DNA of 64,000 bases from Hyaloraphidium curvatum SAG 235-1. Its lineage: Eukaryota > Fungi > Monoblepharomycota. The notes below the pieces were generated by a model that worked only from the letters and a program-made list of their open reading frames with translations, had not been told where the DNA came from and did not search any database. The stretch is taken from assembly GCA_025558095.1 (NCBI GenBank), contig JAIVFI010000023.1, forward strand, positions 558,001 to 622,000. The letters run 5' to 3'. The position numbers and the translations under genes are program-made. This document shows positions 57,975 through 64,000 of the stretch, piece by piece; the stretch's first letter is position 1; each line of letters opens with the position of its first letter.

Positions 57975-58698
57975 GGATGGTATTGTAGACCTGTGCATGA
58001 TCCATGCTGGAAAGAGGAGCCGCAGGCGAGGTTGCGAGAGGTGGAAGCGGTGACGAAGCTGGAGGAGATCTTGGTTCCCCGGTGGCGAGCTGGCGTGATG
58101 GATGTCGTCGTGTTCTTATCTATCTTTGTCCTATTGCCGTCGTTTCGTTGAATGCCGAGCTGCTGTCAAGTGATCGTCGATGGTTGTCCCGGTTGTGACG
58201 GCGTCTTCCCACAACCTGCCGAGATCGGCCCCAAAGATGACCTTCGGTAAGATTTATTGTCGAATCCGTGCAATTCGATGTGAATGGCGTCGAGCAATAA
58301 GCTCGCCGCCGACGGTCTGCTTCGAGATTGGAGATCGACGTGCGCGATCACGGGCCGGACGCGGCAGTCCCCGCGGGAGCCGAACCGGCACTGCAGCTGA
58401 GATACGTTGAGAAGTGCACTTCGAAGAATTCTCTAGAACAAGGACGTCCTTGCGGGTACCTGCCCGAAGACAATTCAGCACAAGGAGAGGAGACGATCCC
58501 GTGAAGGACAGTAGCCATCTCGGGCCACGAACTTCGGAAAAGCTCATGGAGCTACAGTGCCTGATCCTCGATGCTCTACGAGACTATTGCACGCCGTGCT
58601 TGAGCCTTTGGGGAGTCGGCCGATCGGCTCTTTTCCATCCGGCTGTCCCGCCTCCGACGCCACTTTGTTGACGTCTTTCCCCGCCGCCGTTTTACACG

Positions 58699-61600
58699 AT
58701 GGAGTCCCGTCTCGAGGCGTGGAAGGCGCACCTCGCGTCGCCGACGGAGCTGCTGCTGCCGACGGACTACCCGCGGCCGGTGCCGCTGCGCGTCGTCGAG
58801 TCGGAGCTCGCGTATGCCGTGCCACCGGCGGCCGTCTCCGCGCTGGCGGATCTGGCCAAGGAGCTCGGCGTTTCGCGCGACGATGCATTGCTTTCCTTGT
58901 TGGGCATTGTGTTGGCGCGGCACGCGGGCGAGGAGGACGTGTGCGTCGGCGGACTCGCGGGGACGGCCGGCGGCAGCGAGGACGGCGCGGCCGCGCCCGA
59001 GGTCTCCGATGCCGCGTCCGCGTGGACGGCGCAGCAGACGGTCCTGCGGTTCCGCGTCGAGCGCGGCATGGCGGTGCGCGACGTGGCGGCCGCCGTGGCC
59101 GCCGCGGCCGCGTTCGCCCGCGGGAACCACGTGCCGCCGGCGGAGCTCATGGCCGCGCTGGCCGACGGCGCCGCGTCGCCGCCCGCGCTGATGCGGGTGC
59201 GGTTCCTGCCGCTGGCCGGCGAGGGCGCCCGCGTCTCGATCGCCCACGCGCCGCACCTGGCATCGGACCTGGCAGTGCTGCCCGCCCTGGACGGCCCGGC
59301 GCCCTCGGTGCGCTACGTGCTCAACTCGCTGCTCTTTTCCACCGCCCGGATCGCCGACCTGCACGCCCTGCTGGTGCAGCTGTGTTCATCCTGCCGGCCC
59401 GGCGACGACGCCTACGGCGTGTCGCTGATCACCGACGCCGCCCGCTCCGTGCTTCCGGACCCGACCGCCTCGCTCGATTGGGAGGGTTGGCGCGGCGCGA
59501 TCCCCGACATCCTGCACCGCAACGCGGAAGCACACCCGGATCGCGTCTGCGTGGTCCAGTCGCTGCCCGACGGCAGCGCGGAATCCTACACCTACGGCCA
59601 GGTCGACGCGGCGTCCAACGTGCTCGCGAACCACCTGATTTCCGCCGGCGTGAAGCGCGAGGACGTCGTCACGCTGTACGCCGCCCGCTCCGCCGACATG
59701 GCGGCCGCGGTCATGGGCGTCCTCAAGACCGGCGGCATCTTCAACGTGCTCGACCCGGCCTACCCCGTCGAGCGCCAGAAGATCTACCTCGGCGTCGCCC
59801 GACCCCGCGCCCTCGTCGTGCTGGCCAAGGCCGGCGAGATCCACCCGGACGTGCTGGCCTACATCGACGCCGAGCTGCCCGGCATCCCCAAGGTCGTCGG
59901 CCTGGCCATGACCAAGGACGGCACCTTTGCTTCCCCCTCCTTCACCGCCCCGGATGCCAAGTTCCCCGGCGTCGAGCTCGGCCCCGACTCCCCCGCCACC
60001 CTCTCCTTCACCTCGGGCTCCACCGGCCTCCCCAAGGGCGTCAAGGGCCGGCACTTTTCCCTCACTCACTTCTACCCCTGGATGGCCTCGCGGTTCGGCC
60101 TCTCCTCCGACGACCGCTTCACCATGCTCTCCGGGATAGCCCACGACCCCATCCAGCGCGACATCTTCACCCCCCTCTTCCTGGGCGCGCAGCTCCGCGT
60201 GCCCACCGCCGACGACATCGCCACCCCCGGCCGCCTCGCCGAATGGATGCGCGACAACGCGTGCTCCGTGACCCACCTCACCCCCGCCATGGGCCAGCTC
60301 CTCACCGCCAACGCCTCGGCCAGGATGCCGGCCCTCCGCAGCGCCTTTTTCGTGGGGGACGTACTCACCCTGCGCGACGTCCGCCGGCTGCAGGCCCTGG
60401 CGCCCGGCTGCGCCGTGGTCAACATGTACGGCACCACCGAGACGCAGCGCGCAGTGTCGCACTACGTCGTGCCGCCGGGGACCAACCTTGAGAGCTACAA
60501 GGAGGTGGTGCCCGCGGGCAAGGGGATGCACGACGTGCAGCTGCTCGTCGTTTGTGGGGAGGGGGAGGGGAGGAGGACGGCGGGTATTGGAGAGGTGGGG
60601 GAGCTCTATGTGAGGAGCGGGGGGCTGGCGGAAGGGTACCTCGAGGGAGGGGAGGAGAAGTTTGTGGCGAATTTCTTCAGGTGGGTGGTCGGCGCGACGA
60701 GCCTTCTGTTTATCGGGGCTCATCTTCATCACCATCATCCCCCACAGGGACCCCAACGTCCCCCCCAAGCCCACGCACCCCTCCCCCACCCCCCTCCCCT
60801 TCTTCTTCGGCCCGCGCGACCGGATGTACCGCACCGGCGACCTCGGCCGGTATCTCCCCACGGGCGACGTCGAGTGCACGGGCCGCAAGGACGACCAGGT
60901 CAAGATCCGCGGGTTCAGGATCGAGCTGGGGGAGATCGACACCCACCTGAGCCAGTGCCCGAAAGTGAGGGAGAACGTGACGAGGGTGCGGAGGGACAGG
61001 GACGAGGAGCAGGTGCTGGTGGGTGTCGCGCGCTGTTGAGCCTTCCATGCGGACGACTCACATCGCGAGCGCGTCGCCCCACAGGTATCGTACATCGTCC
61101 CGCAGCAGCACGAGGCCGACCACGACGCCCTCGCGCGCGAGATCCGCGCCTTCCTCTCCTCCAAGCTCCCCGCCTACGCCGTCCCGACCGTCTTCGTGGT
61201 GCTCAAGCGGATGCCGCTGACCCCCAATGGCAAGGTGGACAAGAACGCGCTGCCGTTCCCCGACACGCCGCGGTTCCGCCGGGGATCCATTGTCTCGCGC
61301 ACGACCTCGACCGCGGACGCGCAGCTCCCCGGCGAGCTCGCCGCGCTGCCGCCGACCACCCTCGCCGTGCTCGCCATCTGGGCGGACCTCCTCGCGGTCC
61401 CGCCGGCGTCGATCCGCCCCGCGGACTCGTTCTTCGACCTCGGCGGGCACTCGATCCTCGCCACCAGGCTGGTGTTCGAGATGCGGCGGCAGCTCGGCGT
61501 CGAGGTGCCCCTAGGGGTCGTGTTCAACCGGCCGTCGCTCGAGGCCATGGCGGCCGAGGTGGACAGGCTCAAGGCCGGCGATCTGGACGTCGCGGGGGGT

Positions 61601-63121
61601 GAGGACAAGGAGGCCGAGGGGGAAGAATACCCGTACGCGGCGCAGGTGGACGAGCTGGACGCCGGGTGGGCGCCCACCGAGGAGCAGAGGAGGGGGGCCA
61701 AGACGGGCAGGCCGCGGAGCATCTTCCTCACGGGCGCGACCGGGTTCCTGGGCGCCTTCATTCTGCGGGACCTCCTCGCGGACTTCCCCGATGCCACGGT
61801 GACGTGCCTCGTGCGCGCCGATACCCCCGAGAAGGGCGTCGACCGCGTGCGGGCAAACTGCGCCGCGCAGGGCGTGTGGGACGACGCGTGGGCATCGCAG
61901 AAGCGGATCCGCGCCGTCACGGGCGACCTCGGCAAGCCGCGCTTCGGGCTGGGCGACGCCGCGTGGACGGCGCTGGCCTCCAGCACCGACGCCATCGTGC
62001 ACAACGGCGCCACGGTGCACTGGGTCTTCCCTTACACCAAGATGCGCTCCGTCAACGTGCTCTCGACGGTCGCGTGCCTGGAGCTCTCGCTCGCCGACCC
62101 CAAGGGCATGATCCCGCTGCACTTTGTCTCGACGACGGCGGTGCTCGACACGCAGGCCTACGTGGCGCTGCTGGCCGACGGCACGAGGGTGCTCGAGTCG
62201 GACGACCTCGCGCGCTCGGCGGCGGGGCTCAAGGCGGGCTACGGGCAGACCAAGTGGGTCAGCGAGAAGCTGCTCATGCGTGCGAGGGGGAGGGGGTGCG
62301 CGGCGACGATCGTCAGGCCGGGGTACATCCTGGGCGACTCCAAGAGCGGAGGTGGGTCGTATGGGGTTGCGTTTTGGGCGAGGCGGATGCTGACGGGGGC
62401 GGAACTCGCAGTGACCAACACGGACGACTTCCTCATCCGGCTCATGAAGGGCTGCATCACCCTCGGGATCGTGCCCGAGATCACCAACGTCATCAACATG
62501 GTGCCGGTCGACTACGTCTCCAAGGTCGTCTCGTCGGTCGTCGGCGGATCCACGGCGGCCATCGAGAAGGGCGTCTTCCAGATATGGCAGCGCAACATGT
62601 ACGTCTCTTCCCTGCCGGTCCGCCGAGTCGACCAGCTCATTGCTCGCCTTCACAGGTTCCGCTTCATCGACCTGTTCCGCTGCCTGCGGCAGTACGGCTA
62701 CCCCGTCGAGCCGACGGCCTACATCCCCTGGCGCACCGCGCTCATGGACCACACCCTCAACTCGCAGGACAACGCGCTGTACCCGCTGCTCCACTTCGTC
62801 ATGGACGACCTGCCGACGAGCACCAAGGGCCCCGAGCTCGACGACGGCAACACCCGCGAGGTGACGGGCAACCTCGACTGCGGCGACATGGGCGAGCTGG
62901 TCGGGCTGTACATCTCGTACCTGATACAGGTCGGGTTCCTGGAGGCGCCACCGGCGCCCAAGGCCAACGGTGCCAACGGCACGGCGAACGGGACCGCAAA
63001 GGCAGCGGTCTCGGAGTCGGTCACGGAGTGGTTCGAGGGCGCCGATGCCGAGAGGAAGGCGCTGCCCGTGGTGGAGCTGACGGCCGAGATGAAGAAGCTG
63101 GTCGCCAGGAACAGGGAGTGA
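58699..63121 (+). CDS. LYS2: L-alpha-aminoadipate reductase large subunit (A-T-R)
   Basis: [62 protein letters not shown], carrier [11 protein letters not shown], reductase [43 protein letters not shown]. Confidence 0.96.
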
Positions 63122-63239
63122 ACGGACGGTGGGAAAAAGGAGGTGGAGAGAGAAGATCGTTTTGGACTGTAGAAGCTTGATAGACGAGCGAGATCACAAT
63201 CGATTCATCAATCCAGCAATCCATCGAGTGACAAACTAA

Positions 63240-64000
63240 TCAGAAGAACAGCCCATCATCTTCGTCCTCATCCTCGTCGTAGTCACGCAACGCCGTCTCC
63301 GCCTCGTACCCGTAGAATATGTCGTCCCGGCCGTCGACGTCGGAAAAGTGCGCCCGTCCTTCGTCGGAGCCGGCGCTTTCGTCCGGATAGTCCTCGAAAC
63401 CAAGCACGTCGCCGTCTTCCTCGCGAGTAGCAGCATCGAACCGGTCCCTTATGGCTTCGGATGCATCGCGCGACAGGTCATCAAGCACATCGCTGGCGCT
63501 GCCATCCTCGGAGCTGTCCGTTTCGGAAGGCTCGCCGAGTCCGTCCGTTTCCAGGTCCGTCAGCTCCAGCACCGTGATTCCCGGTATCGATGGGTAGGGT
63601 TGCCCGGGGCCGAGCAAAGCAGGGTCTGGCTGACCACCGTCGGAACTAGAATCCGAGCTCGAACCGTCGCCATCCACGTGCCAATCGCCCAGGACCTCAC
63701 TGCCCGCGTCGTCGTCCCAACCGTCCGAACCGGCCACGCTGGCATCTTCCGAGGCAAACCCCTCCTCCACGTCGTAGTCGGCCTTCTCGAACAGGAGCTG
63801 CAGAGACGGGCGTACCAGCCCAAGCTCCTCCATCAGATAGCTGTGATCCGTATGGAATCCCGAGAACCGGAGCCTGGTGAGACTCTTCATGGCAAACACC
63901 GTATCTTCGAGCTGAAACAGTCGGTACCGCGACCCAGCGACTTCAAGGGACGAAAGGCCGTGGAGTTGGCTGATCGCTCCCCAAGATGCCGAACGAATAA
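63240..64000 (-). CDS. 3' part of an LRR-like protein with an acidic tail (5' end outside the window)
   Basis: The frame stays open to the window edge: ...AISQLHGLSSLEV...MKSLTRLRFSG...PGITVLELTD, followed by an Asp/Glu-rich tail. Confidence 0.6.
   Translation of the reverse strand, partial: IRSASWGAISQLHGLSSLEVAGSRYRLFQLEDTVFAMKSLTRLRFSGFHTDHSYLMEELGLVRPSLQLLFEKADYDVEEGFASEDASVAGSDGWDDDAGSEVLGDWHVDGDGSSSDSSSDGGQPDPALLGPGQPYPSIPGITVLELTDLETDGLGEPSETDSSEDGSASDVLDDLSRDASEAIRDRFDAATREEDGDVLGFEDYPDESAGSDEGRAHFSDVDGRDDIFYGYEAETALRDYDEDEDEDDGLFF

Noticed and set aside
58699-63121. NRPS-like A-T-R gene as the core of a secondary-metabolite cluster
   Set aside because: The motifs ([27 protein letters not shown]) are diagnostic of primary-metabolic LYS2, and there are no tailoring genes next to it.
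58557-63180. Long Arg/Pro/Ala-rich alternative-frame ORFs (also 43527-45011, 38897-40483, 30500-32140)
   Set aside because: Expected stop-poor shadow frames of GC3-biased genes, with no domain motifs.
1-64000. tRNA, rRNA, CRISPR arrays, transposases, reverse transcriptases
   Set aside because: None recognised by eye. A tRNAscan/Infernal/RepeatModeler run would be needed to exclude small elements.

Overview
GC-rich, gene-dense eukaryotic DNA with many short (~50-70 nt) GT-AG introns. An A-T-R alpha-aminoadipate reductase (LYS2) marks it as fungal. A Shaker-type Kv channel and the overall gene style suggest an early-diverging, chytrid-grade lineage (inference). About 35 genes or gene remnants can be read. 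Most are housekeeping: cytochrome b5-acyl-CoA dehydrogenase, QCR10, class III and class V aminotransferases, a PPR protein, an M19 dipeptidase, DPL1, an RRM protein, an enoyl-CoA isomerase, a FUSC-like transporter and LYS2. Three regions stand out. (1) 13170-15393 encodes a metacaspase with an intact His/Cys dyad and three LysM domains inserted between p20 and p10, a candidate chitin/peptidoglycan-gated death protease. (2) 43.6-58.0 kb is a tandemly duplicated, partly decaying module of [ankyrin-kinase]-[F-box-like]-[MYND finger]-[TKL kinase-X]. The same near-identical kinase is fused to a pseudokinase in copy 1 and to a caspase-like protease domain (GHG...DCCR) in copy 2, which resembles a fungal kinase-fusion immune or cell-death locus. 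(3) 5.3-9.6 kb holds three copies (one intact, one frameshifted, one remnant) of a multi-TM protein whose C-terminus resembles DUF3537/gustatory-receptor-like channels. Also notable: a double-homeodomain protein, a bacterial-type PuuD, an alpha/beta-hydrolase lacking its nucleophile Ser, and a cycloeucalenol cycloisomerase (CPI1) homolog. All gene models were spliced by eye and no database search was run.
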